A model generated the notes under the pieces. It did no database searches and was not told the origin of the DNA. It worked only from the letters and a program-made list of their open reading frames with translations. The translations under genes were made by a program, and so were the position numbers. A DNA stretch of 59,255 bases, filler included, from Basidiobolus ranarum (lineage: Eukaryota): the NCBI GenBank assembly GCA_040143965.1. It is 11 parts of 11 records of this genome, joined end to end, with 100 filler letters (N's around TTAATTAATTAA, not from the genome) between each part and the next. Parts side by side here need not be neighbours in the genome. Positions count along the whole stretch, not along the records: positions 1 to 5,305 come from JASJQH010008512.1; positions 5,406 to 10,709 come from JASJQH010008513.1; positions 10,810 to 16,111 come from JASJQH010008514.1; 8 more parts are not named here. One strand, 5' to 3'. Shown piece by piece: positions 1 to 11,896 of this stretch (its first letter is position 1; every line of letters begins with the position of its first letter).

Positions 1-2
1 AC

Positions 3-1046
3 TTGTCTCTCAAGTGCTGCTGGGATGAGAACATCACAATCAGCCTCAATGAGTTTGATGGAGTCGGGAACAATGGTGCCAGAGCTGTAGCCACCAAGGA
101 TACCCTTGGCAGACTTGTACTCTTGCAACTCATCGATGTTGATTCCCTGTTCATTGTAGATACCACAGTCTTGATCGGCAACACCTACAATCTTCGCACC
201 ATTGGCTTCGAAGAACTTGGCGGCCCAGTAACCAACATTTCCGAAACCTTGGATGACAACACGCTTACCATCAATGTCACCAGTGAGTCCGGTTTGTTTC
301 TGAACCTCGTCATACTTCAAGAACTCACGAACACCATAGTACACACCCAAGCCAGTGGCTTCAGTACGACCACGAACTCCTCCCTGGTTAACAGGCTTAC
401 CAGTGATACAACCGGCAGAGTTGATATCAGTGGGGTTGAATTGGCGATAGGTATCCATGATCCAGGACATCTCACGACCACCAGTTCCAACATCTGGAGC
501 TGGGACATCAATACCGGGACCAATGAAGTTCTTCTGACAGAGTTCAAGAGCGAAGCGACGAGTAATACGCTCTAGTTCACGTGGGCTGTACTTCTTGGGG
601 TTGATGGATACACCACCCTTGGCACCACCGAATGGTACATCGACAACTGCACACTTGTATGTCATCAATGAAGCGAGAGCCTCGACCTCTTGCATATCGA
701 CCTCATCGGAATAGCGAATACCTCCTTTGACCGGAAGGCGATGATGAGAATGTTGAGCCCGATAGGCACGGATGATCTCAGTTTGACCATTCTCAAGCTC
801 AATGGGGAAAGTGACACTGAGGACAGCATCAACTCTCTTGATAGCAGCCAGAGTCTCGGGCTTGACACCACTGACGGCCGCAGCCTTATCGAAGAATTGA
901 CCAACACAACCCAAGAAAGCAGGCTCGGTTTCATCACAAGCAGCATTGGCATGGGTGCTCATACTCCTAAGAGCCGGAAGAGCTTTGGTGACAAGTGGTG
1001 TAGCTTGACGAAACAGAGAAGCAGATTTAATCATAGTTGCTTGCAT
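3..1046 (-). CDS. Mitochondrial glutamate dehydrogenase, animal GLUD1-like hexameric type, 3'-truncated at contig end
   Basis: Manual translation from ATG 1046: presequence-like MQATMIKSASLFRQATPLVTKALPALRSMST, then YRAQHSHHRLPVKGGIRY, LMTYKCAVVDVPFGGAKGG, FIGPGIDVPAPD, TGKPVNQGGVRGRTEATGLG. No stop before the edge, so absent from the ORF track; no intron seen. Confidence 0.95.
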   Translation of the reverse strand, partial: MQATMIKSASLFRQATPLVTKALPALRSMSTHANAACDETEPAFLGCVGQFFDKAAAVSGVKPETLAAIKRVDAVLSVTFPIELENGQTEIIRAYRAQHSHHRLPVKGGIRYSDEVDMQEVEALASLMTYKCAVVDVPFGGAKGGVSINPKKYSPRELERITRRFALELCQKNFIGPGIDVPAPDVGTGGREMSWIMDTYRQFNPTDINSAGCITGKPVNQGGVRGRTEATGLGVYYGVREFLKYDEVQKQTGLTGDIDGKRVVIQGFGNVGYWAAKFFEANGAKIVGVADQDCGIYNEQGINIDELQEYKSAKGILGGYSSGTIVPDSIKLIEADCDVLIPAALERQ

Positions 1047-1565
1047 GATACTGACTTGTATTACTATGATTCTTATTCAAGATATTGAAGATGATGAAAG
1101 TCTTGGGCTTTATATAGCCATCGGACCTGTCCATCTAAGATATGATTGCCTGAAGATTAAATTCTATGTACAACTCAGATTAGTGGCGTTTCCGAAATGA
1201 TTCACATCTATCTACTGGCTTCTCATGCCTCTCGTGAAATTTGGTTGGTGTCCCTTAGGCCGTAAGATATCCCAAAATCTTGGTTTTTTCCGATTCAAAG
1301 AGGTTTCACTTGTTTACTGAAGGTCTCGTGATCTGATAATCTATGTCGTGACTTGGAGGGATATCTACTGAACATGTGGATAATGAAATCAAGTGATGGT
1401 TTCATCGGAATATCATTTTAGAACACAAAATATTTATTGGAAGCAAAAGTGAAAAATATCTTGTTTTCAGGTGCAAAAAAGCAAGTGGCATGATTTGCTC
1501 TTGTACGTTTAGAAACCAGTAACTTTATGGGTTAGTTCCGATTGAGCTTGGGCTCCAATGATCAT

Positions 1566-3272
1566 TTAATGCTTATCCTTATCATGGAAGTCATCAAGAT
1601 TGTTTTGGAATACATTGAATTCATCAGTGATTGTAGATACTTGGGGCTGGCTGGGGGATTGCTTCTCTGAGGTTGGATTTCCTGAAGGTTCCTCCGAACC
1701 GTTGGAAGATGGCTGATTTCCTACTGTATGATTGATTTTGTTGTAAATAGTCAAAGCCTAAACATATGGTGAAATTAGTTGGGTGTCAACGTTAAAGATA
1801 AAGGATAACTGTTTACTTGGGCAACCATACTGCCAACGTCAGCAGCGGCAGCAGGAACTACTATAGTGGTACCCTCTTTGGCTAATTTGCCAAATGCATC
1901 AACATATTTCTCAGCAACTGTGAGCGATACAGCGTGGTGTCCACCACGAGATTGTGTGATCGATTGAGCAATGCGCTGGATACCTTGGGCAGTGGCCTGT
2001 GCACGTAGAATAATAGCCTCAGCCTCACCTAAAATGAAGTACAAAATGAATCTTCCCGTGTTATATAGCTAATCCAGGACTCGAGAGATACCTTGTGCTT
2101 CATTGATTTGTTCCAGCTTTTGGGCCTCAGATGCAAGAATAGTAGCCTGCTTTTTTCCCTCAGCGACATTGATGGCAGATTGTCGTGCACCTAGAGTTCG
2201 AATTTTAAGCTGGGATTACAGTAATGATTCCATACTTCGCCACTTTATACCTTCAGATTCTAAGATTTGTGCGCGCTTGCTACGCTCTGCTGATACTTGG
2301 GAATGCATGGCCTCCACAACATTGTCGGGGGGATGAATATCACCTAAATTGTCATTAGCTCACTTCAAATGGTCATTTATACTAGCCAATCTACTTACGA
2401 ATTTCATATCTTAAACATCTGATACCCCAATCAGCAGCAGCAGTGTTGATCGCCTCTACGATGTTGATGTTCAACATGTTACGTTCAGCCAAAGTTTTAT
2501 CTAAAGTCATTTGACCGATCTCAGCACGCATAGTTGTTTGAGCTAACTGAGCCACTGAAAACTCAGAATCTTCCACGCCATACGATGCCTGAAATATGTG
2601 AGTCTATGAATGATGCAAGCATCCATCGCTGATATTTACCTTGTACGGATCTTCCACTTTATAGTAAAGGACACCATCAAGTTGTAAAGTAACGTTGTCT
2701 AGAAATGCTGTTAAGTAATACCCCATGGTTTAGAATCAATGCTGACAGTATCATACCTTGTGTAATGGCACTTTGGGTGGGAATCTCAACTGCCACTTCT
2801 TTCAAACTCTTTACATACTTGATACTGTCCAAAAACGGAACCAAAATTGCCAAACCAGGTTCTAATACTCTATTAAATTTCCCCATGCGCTCAACAACCC
2901 AAGCTTCTTGTTGGGGAACAAATTTAACTATCTATAAGAAACATTATGTTTAAAATAGTTTATTCACAAAAGCTTGCAGGTAAAGACTTACCGTGTTACG
3001 AGGTACTCGTTTACGCGACCAAGCGGAGTTTCCGTATCCTCCAGGACTTGAATAAAACGAGCGTTGTTCATGGGTAAGCAACTGATGGAATAAATTTAGT
3101 ATTGAGTAAACATTAAGGAGTGGAAATATTCTTGTCTGAGAAAATAAGGTGAGTCAAATTTATTTACCAATTGAGGAACTTTTCCGTTGACCAAGTGGGA
3201 ATTTATGCTGGAGAGAAGTGGGGTAGTTCTAGCAAGAGCCACAAGACGTACGTTTGGCTTTAGACTAAACAT
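1566..3272 (-). CDS. STOML2: Stomatin-like protein 2 (SPFH/band 7, mitochondrial), multi-exon
   Basis: Exons give VPQQEAWVVERMGKFNRVLEPGL, AQLAQTTMRAEIGQMTLDKTLAER, WGIRCLRYEI, VAEKYVDAFGKLAKEGTT. GT-AG introns; ATG 3272 begins a presequence-like MFSLKPNVRLVALART. Confidence 0.92.
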
Positions 3273-3999
3273 GATTCAAAGTGGACTACGACGATAAAGT
3301 GGTAGAATATGATTTAGTGGTGGTATGTTAAGGGTGAGGTTGAAATGGGGCTTTTCACAAGTGAAATGGTCTCGCAAAGCAGTAGATAGAATCTTTAGTT
3401 CAATGCTAGAGAATTTGCAAGATCCGGATTAAATAATGGGGGATAGATAATTTTACTCCATAAATATCGGATTTTGGGTTACTGCGGCCAATGAGCATTA
3501 TCATGACGTTGTGACATCTTTGTGATCGATTTTTGTTCATATTGTAGTATGAATCACAGCATTTCGAATGATTTGAAAATAATGATTTGAGGCATTTGTT
3601 TCACTGTGGATTGCTATCAGTTATTCTCAGTAATTCCATATCAATCATTAAATCTGGCATCATCAAGTTGAAATTCCGGTGCCAGTTAGCTGTACCAAGC
3701 GTAACTTTTCTCTACCAGAATAATACTTTTCTCCATGGTGGGTGCCACTCATTCTTTACAAATACTGAGCCATTTTTATGGAAACGCGAGTTTTAGTAAA
3801 TGCGGTTAACTATTCTTCAATTCATCCCATCGGAGTATAATATTGGAGAAAATAAGTGAAGTACCTTATAATTATGGTAATACTTTATATCATCGTTAAG
3901 ATGCTTCATTTGGTTTCTAAGCATTAGCGAACTTAACAGTTTTACAAATCTGAGAAACATCTCCAAAATGTTGAATAGAGGCGATATTTCCAAACTGCT

Positions 4000-4620
4000 T
4001 CAAATTCTTTAAGCATGTTCCCTATTTCTATAATGCCCTAGTATGCTATTTCTCTTCATTTTGTTGAAATGGTAGATTGAACACAACACTACTCGCAAAC
4101 CATGCCTCAAGTGTCCAATGCTTAGTCCGTAAACAATTTTTGTGGTTCCTATTGCACCATAAACTATTGACATATCGCAAGAGCATAAAATTTCTTGACA
4201 GCTTGTCCCAGGTATTTGAGATGAATTTGAAGCAACCAGAATCCTGGAAAGTGGCATTTGATAGATACAGATGGTAATATTGAGTTGAACAAATCTATAT
4301 ATACTAATATCTCCACAGACTTCAAAAACAGTTTTGAAAGAGATATTTGTGTCTTTTGAGTGGATTCATCGAGCCAATTTAAATATGTTAACCTTTCTGA
4401 ATATATTGGAAATTCTGTAGATCTTGCAACGTTTATAATATATCGAGGTACATTTCCAAAATATAGAATCATCATTGTTGATATCTCTGAATATACATGT
4501 ACCATTTATGAAATCTTCTTTTATTTAACTGCTAATAGCAAGACTTCCCACACTTTAATCAGCCAGACATCTACCTTGAATTCATTCACATTTTTACTTT
4601 TAATGATATAGCTGATGTTG
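4000..4620 (-). mobile_element. Highly degenerate non-LTR (L1-like) relic
   Basis: Fragmentary post-RT-like peptides (RYIINVARS...LTYLN; KIVYGLSIGHL) with frameshifts; weak, boundaries approximate. Confidence 0.3.
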
Positions 4621-5305
4621 TGTTGGAGGATCTTGACATAATGGGTGTCAACTTTGTATATTAGAGGCAACTTATGATAGTGTTTTAGTTACTTTACTCT
4701 TCAGAGAATATGGTGACTTACATAGTAGAGAAGTAAATCAATTGTTTGAGATATTCAGGAGTTTGTGTATTCAAATATCACTTAACTGCAAATTGAAACA
4801 TATATTATATATATATGTGCATAATATGAGAATTAGCAATTCCATATTGGAAATTTCAAACCTGTTCAAATGGCCCCATAGATAGCTCATTCTACTCCCA
4901 CAGATATTCTGAACACAACCCCAGTGTTAGTTTTCTGTATTTCCATCAAAACATATAGATGCTTCATTTCTGGACAATAAATAATTAACTCACAAAGCTA
5001 TTCACAACTCCACTTTTCTAAAGTTCCTCCAAGCAGCCCATACTTTCCCAATTGATTATGATCCCTGTGTTCTAATCTTTACAGCATGACAGAAATCACT
5101 ACTACCACTTTTATTTACCTAAGTGTTGAAAAGCTTGATGGAGAAAATTACAATTTCTGGAAGTTCAAGATGCAAGTCATGCTGGAAGATAGGGAGCTTT
5201 GGGATGTAGTCTCTGGAGATGAAAAGGAACCTTCTGACCCTTCTTTGTTGGAAGCTTAAAAGAAAAGAGACAAGAAGGCCTTCAATGTCATTTGTCAAAG
5301 TTTGA
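4621..5305 (+). mobile_element. Ty1/copia family B: 5' LTR (4621-~5053), PBS-like site (5054) and start of gag
   Basis: LTR starts TGTTGG and matches 31941-32090 and, inverted, 14556-14793. Gag from ATG 5086 reads EKLDGENYNFWKFKMQVMLEDRELWDVVSG, with in-frame TAA at 5257. Confidence 0.85.
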
Positions 5306-5405
5306 NNNNNNNNNNNNNNNNNNNNNNNNNNNNNNNNNNNNNNNNNNNNTTAATTAATTAANNNNNNNNNNNNNNNNNNNNNNNNNNNNNNNNNNNNNNN
5401 NNNNN
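5306..5405. other. Artificial contig spacer (N run, TTAATTAATTAA, N run), repeated at 10710, 16112, 21512, 26909, 32305, 37699, 43090, 48480, 53869
   Basis: Ten identical 100-bp blocks with a six-frame stop linker; flanking segment lengths decrease monotonically. Confidence 0.98.
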
Positions 5406-6118
<713 letters not shown>

Positions 6119-6525
6119 ATAATCTCAAAGGATGCTCTGTTCTTAATAAAAGATTATAGATGTATTTGTAAAATATCTTACAGCGAACGAATATATTGGA
6201 GCCAACTTTTTCGACGAACGAAGCGCAACCTTTCTGAAAGATTCAATCCTAGTGCACTAGAGATTATTCATTCATGTCTTACCAAGAATCGTATATAAAC
6301 GAGTCAAACCATCAATCTGAATAACCAGCCATTTTTAGCTTCATTTCCTATAAAGTTTAAAATCATTGATGGTATTAGTATATTTTTGGGGTAGCCCCCT
6401 ACTTCGATTTCCCAAAGCCTCTTAAGGTAGAAAATTTTCTATACCAAGTTGAAAAGGAAAATTTGGTCAGCTTAAGGCAAACTTAGTCTCGCTTGAGAAT
6501 TTCCAATTGACAAGAATAACTCATT

Positions 6526-6974
6526 ATGGATTTCAACCACCTTTCACCAGCTGAACGCTCTCACATGGAGCAAATATTACAAGAAAAGCAGGTGTGTTAT
6601 TTAATAACTCCAGATAGTTTCACCGAATTTTCACTCAAGCTACTTCTGTTTTTTTGGGTACTCTTCTAGATGAAAGATTTCATGCGTCTGTATTCTTCTC
6701 TCGTACAAAGATGTTTCAACGATTGTATCAAAGATTTCACCACAAAAGCTCTCACTACGAAAGAGGTAGTTAATGGTATTTTGTTGTGAGTGACAGAATC
6801 AGTTTTAGTGGACTAAACTTTACTTATTAGGACACCTGTGTAGGTCGCTGTATTGATAAATTTCTGAAGCATAATGATCGCATTGGCCAACGCTTTGCAG
6901 AACAAAACGCTGCGATGATGAGCCAGCAACAACAACAACAGCAACCACCCTCTCCTTTCCAAACCAATATGTGA
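6526..6974 (+). CDS. TIM9: Mitochondrial small Tim chaperone Tim9, 3 exons
   Basis: Spliced: [80 protein letters not shown]. Twin CX3C motif and polyQ tail; missed by the ORF track. Confidence 0.95.
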
Positions 6975-7347
6975 AAACAGCATTCATATTTTATTTTATT
7001 TTGTTCAACTACAGACGTTCTATCGAGGTTTATAGATACATATAATCTCATAAATACACATGAAAACGAATTCTCCAAAATTCAATAGAAATTCATTTAG
7101 GTACCAAATTAATTGTTATACGATGAAGTTACTTCCGAGCATTAACAGATGAACATTAAAATAAACCTGGAGAATTCTAGTTTTCGAAGCATGCACTGAA
7201 AATCCTCAACCAAAAAACCCCCAATTATGTAACACGAAAGGTTGGATTCCTAGGGTCTGATAAAAACCCAAACTACATTCTTTCTGTATGATTAATATAG
7301 AGTTGCTACGGATGGTTCGACGCACAAAATATCCCGTAGAGATCACT

Positions 7348-8201
7348 TCAATTTAAGGATGAAAGGAAATCGTTCAAGTTCAAAGATGTCTTCTCTTTTT
7401 CTTTGCTTTGAGATAGAAGCTTTTGTAAACCCATTTTCTTGCCTTTCTTTTTCTTAGCTGAGTTGATGGTAGGGCTATTTGTCATATTGTTGTTTGACAT
7501 ATTGTTGTTTGTCATAGTGTTGTTGACGATGGGTTTGGGCGTAGGACTATCAAGGTGTCGCTTTTGAATGGTCGATTTATCAGCCAGAGGTGAATTTAGG
7601 TTGGTTGGCGTTGAAAGCTCGGAGCTTGTATCTTGAAAATAATTGATGGGTGTTTTGGGGGTCACTGTAGACAGATGAGTTCTATCGGTTCCATCAAACT
7701 GGGTTACTCTGAGGCATTTCTGACAAGTGTAAGTGATGGCGTTTTTGGTTATACGAGAAGTTTTACTGGGTGGGGTGAGAGACTTTGTAATGGCTTTTTT
7801 CGTATAATTAGCAGGAAACAATTTTTCTACACGTTTTCTTTGGAAAGAATAAGGTTAATAAATTGAGTTGGAGATTTAGTTTTGGAATTTCATTTGGATA
7901 GTAGTACTTACATATTATCTTCTCCCTTAAGTTTCTTTTTTAAGTTGGAAAAGTTTTTGGTTCTTTTCTTTTGGTTATGTTTTACTTGAACTTTACAGTT
8001 TACTCCAGGGACGAAAAGACTTCCGCATTTAGTACAAAACTGTGATAAAAGGTTCTCGGAGAGCGGTACTTCTAACGAATCAGAGAAGGCGAAAAACCTT
8101 TGAGAATAGAAAGCAGAAAGTTCTGGGGAAGTGGAATAGACATGATGTGCGATGGACCATAAATACTCCAAACGAGCCGAGTTATCAACACCAGTAGCCA
8201 T
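7348..8201 (-). CDS. Rpr2/Rpp21/Snm1-family zinc-ribbon protein, probably the RNase MRP-specific Snm1/RMP24 type, 2 exons
   Basis: RLEYLWSIAH...FCTKCGSLFVPGVNC...TYTCQKC (two CxxC), low-complexity linker, C-terminus GLQKLLSQ...LNLNDFLSSLN. One phase-2 intron at ~7838-7911. Confidence 0.8.
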
Positions 8202-8899
8202 ATTATTTGAGTGTAAACTCTGAGAGATACGACACTTGCTCGATACTATTCAGTATAAGTGAATTTTTGTCAATTTTTTTTAAAAAAAAGAGATATTGTT
8301 GATTTTAAAATCTTGCTTTGGATTTAACACAATATTGCCCATTTATTGTTCAGATCTGGGAAATATCACTTATGTCTAATTGCTTATAATTATGAAATTT
8401 TCAACCACTTTCTCCTGGTTTAACCGGAGTACATTTACTGTCGTCTGGATATTTTGTAAGAGTTAAAGTAGTGCTAAGATTGGTATCAGAAACCTCCTCA
8501 GACGAATGAAATCATGAGTTGAATTCACAAATAGCTCAAAGAAGATGTTGAAGGAAACTAACTGGGAGGGAGGATTTCTTTGCATCACTCAGTGTTGGTG
8601 AACACGAAATTAGTTGAGTTTTCCTCTATAAAGATGTAGTGTCTAGAGGAGAAAGACATCTCTCAAAGAACTTCAAAAGAGTGATCACTTCTATATATCA
8701 CCAGATGAGTTAAAGCTACATAGAGATTGCTAGTTTCCCAGAATCCAAAATCCTTGGTAGTTTGATCCTCAGGTAAATAAAGGACAACTTGGTACTATGG
8801 ATGTGAACCTATCTTTAGGCTCAGTAGTAGAGTTTGAAGATCTAGTCTAATAACTGTCTAACTGTCTGAGTAATTCGCATTGAATTCCATTATCTCACA

Positions 8900-9900
8900 G
8901 GTATTTGGCTAGTTCTGACTATGCGGTATAATAACTTTGTATGTTTTCCAATTCAGAACAGAATATCTGCTCTACATGCGGATAAGTGTATTTTTCTCTT
9001 CTAAATCCACTTTTGTCTCGACTTGCCAATACCATCGAGCGGAGCACTGTATAAACGTCCCTGTTAAGAAACATACCTTCATTCTCGACAAATCCGTGGC
9101 TATTTTAGATCCCGCCAAGGATGTACTTCTCTGCATGATATACTTGGGAGCGTAAAACATTTGTTTCATTTTACAAATGGATTACCCAGATCTTTATGAT
9201 TGTTTGATTGATATGGTAGGAAACTTTTTTAGTAGGTTCTGCATTGATCTCTTTTGCTCACCCCATCTTTTGATTAGTTCGTGAAAGTTGCGTTACAAAT
9301 CAATCAATTGCTTAATAATAGGTTTAAATATACAGGTCTGATTCCAACAAATCAGCAATTATTAATGAGCTGTTATGACCAAGCTAGTGCAAAATCTACG
9401 AAAATATAGCATGGAATTCTCTTGGATTGTTATAGTTAATAACTTGCTAAGCATGATATTTGCGATGGTTTATCAATTATCAACCACCATCAATCCATCT
9501 TATTCATCATAAACTCTCACGATAACTGGTTAAAATCACTGTCATTAGTAACTTGATATCTCAATTCTGAACCATACGATTCACTAGGATCTAATAAAGC
9601 GATGACAAGTGGACAACCTGGCTTGTATCAAGTAGGAGAATGAGTGTTTCAATGGCGAATCCTGATGCAGTAACGAGGCACAATGAGGCATTAGAATCTG
9701 TAACTCTTCAGGAAAAGCTCTTACAGTGATGTTTGCTGCCTCGACAAGGAAAGGAAATGATGCGAAGAGGATCCGTAAGAGGGCAGCCCCTGTTGTAACT
9801 TTGAAAGCTGTTATATCGAAGACAGACCTCAATGGCCGCGATAAAGAGACGGATCTGGTAAGCATGCTAGCTTCACTCTTCCTGCATACTTGACATTTAA
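8900..9900 (-). mobile_element. Highly degenerate LINE reverse transcriptase relic
   Basis: Ordered but broken motifs LKSYR (yRPIsL-like), NQ, FVDFALAW (DFxKAFD-like); many stops; boundaries approximate. Confidence 0.3.
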
Positions 9901-10809
9901 TATTTTACCACGTAAGGGGCCAAACACTCCCTTCTGGTGTGGCGGTTTCATGGTCCAAACCAACAATCATCATATGCGGTTGGCAGTACGGGCACTAAGT
10001 GACGAAAGATAGTGTAAACTGTCCTACCAACAACCCAAACCTTAAACAGTCAGGTCGAACAATACCGCTTATGACATAGGTTAGCTGGTCATAAAACCTG
10101 AATAGCACCCGGATATTGACTGATTAGACTCAGCACGAGCCTCATCTTTGATCACTTACAATAAATAAGCAAAGCCTCCCTTAAAGGATCCCGATCTGAA
10201 TCATACCTGAAACGATGAGATGTATTGAAATGAAGATGTGGATTGTATGCATTCGAGGGTGAGCGAGGACAATAAATACAGTGCAATGAATCCTCGTGAT
10301 AAATCATCACTTCTCCTTCATGTTATCGCACATCCCCCCTTCTCCCACATTGATAGTCTCCGAAGTCGCCTTTGGTATGTATTTGACTTACTTTCCCGCC
10401 CACTTAGCTCTAATAGCTTTGGAATTATCAATCTAGGCGATTGCCCTAAAATTGCGAAATGTTTGAACAAAAGCTACTGGAATGGTACGCAGTTGCATCT
10501 TGTAGAAATATCACCTGACTCTAAACTCTCTTATTTTCGTAGACCCTTTAGTAGAATACTTCATCAAAGCCATTAGAAAGGTATAGTTGGCAAATCATTG
10601 ATGGAGTGGTTAAGACAATTATCAAGACAGTTTGATACAGGAAAACGAGCGTGGCATGTTTTGTTTAGCGTACTCTGAATTTATAGCGAAAGTGGGGCTC
10701 TACCGCGGTNNNNNNNNNNNNNNNNNNNNNNNNNNNNNNNNNNNNNNNNNNNNTTAATTAATTAANNNNNNNNNNNNNNNNNNNNNNNNNNNNNNNNNNN
10801 NNNNNNNNN

Positions 10810-11186
10810 TAATTCACCCCAGTTAGTAACTGATTAAGATTGGGTGGCGCCCACTTTGCATCGGCTGCTTCTGTAATTTGAAGTTGTAGACGAAGAAGTT
10901 GGGCTTCTTCCTGACGACGTGCTTTTTCATCCTGACGACGTGCTTTTTCTTCCTGACGACGTGCTTCTTCTTCCTGACGACGTGCTTCTTCTTCCTGACG
11001 ACGTGCTTCTTCTTGACGACGATCATATTGTCCTTGACCATAGGCATTAGCTGCCGGAACCGAAAGTGCCACATAAGTCTTTGCAATGACATCATCTTCA
11101 GAAAGACCCATCATCCAATTGAAGACTTCTGCAGTTAAACTGGTTCCATTCTCGGCAAGTTTTTCGTAATAAGCCAAATTTGACAT
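10810..11186 (-). CDS. Unknown protein N-terminus with heptad RRQEEEA repeat, truncated at contig end
   Basis: Open frame from ATG 11186 (MSNLAYYEKLAENG...) to the contig edge; retains CpG unlike the adjacent repeat DNA. Confidence 0.6.
10903..11021 (-). repeat. 21-bp coding minisatellite, 6 units
   Basis: Plus-strand unit GCTTCTTCTTCCTGACGACGT, encoding RRQEEA/RRQEEEA/RRQEEKA/RRQDEKA on the minus strand. Confidence 0.95.
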
Positions 11187-11896
11187 GAATGTGGAAGGAG
11201 GAGCTACTGAAAAACCCAAACTGAAAAACACAAAATCAATGTAGTACTAGTCACGTGTCATCTATACAAATGGCTTTGAAGGTTGAAACCATGTGCATAC
11301 ATTTTTAAGGGACTTCACATGATTGATGATATTCAATCGGGGCTATTAATATTTCGACCAAAATTGCAAAAGAAAAGCATTATAAACATACTTTTGATGT
11401 TCAATTGACTGATGAACAAGATGGACTAACTTCCTAGCATTTCTTGTTTATTTTTAGAAAATAAAAAAATCATTCAATTCAATACTTTGTTGCATCACTG
11501 AGCATCTTTGACTGCCTAGCACCTTCTCCCATGCTTGCCACTGATCCCAAAGCAAACTCAATTGTCATTTTTTAGGGGAGATGAAAAGCATTGAGTGGTG
11601 TGAACTTTACTTAGCTTATATACTAACCTAAACAAAGGGTTAGCAGGAAAGGTGTCTTTTAGGAGGCAATGCACTGCTTCCAAAGGTCTAGATGGAAGTC
11701 TACCGCAACAATTTTTGGCTATTTTGCTTCATGCTGTTGTAAAGCTAATTCTGAAACAAGAGATGATTCTTTTATCAGTTTCAAGCATGATAATGGATTT
11801 GGATATAGATGATCTGGTAAGGGAGGGTTAGGTTGAAAAGAGGATGCAATCCCCCATGTACACCTTTCTGTCATAGTATACTCAAGTTCCTAGTAT

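Noticed and set aside
3-1088. Plus-strand ORFs 3-575 and 690-1088 antisense to GDH
   Set aside because: They sit in the exact mirror frame of a codon-biased gene and show no protein motif; typical shadow ORFs.
10823-11138. Alternative-frame ORFs with VVRKKKH or TTCFFFL repeats
   Set aside because: By-products of the 21-bp repeat; the RRQEEEA frame is the longest and most protein-like.
11520-11890. Possible Fanzor/TnpB relic (MLATDPKANSIV as RuvC-I; F*NKR*FFYQFQA downstream)
   Set aside because: Needs several frameshifts and stop repairs, and no RuvC-II/III or zinc finger is visible. Only a consensus-based HMM search could rescue it.
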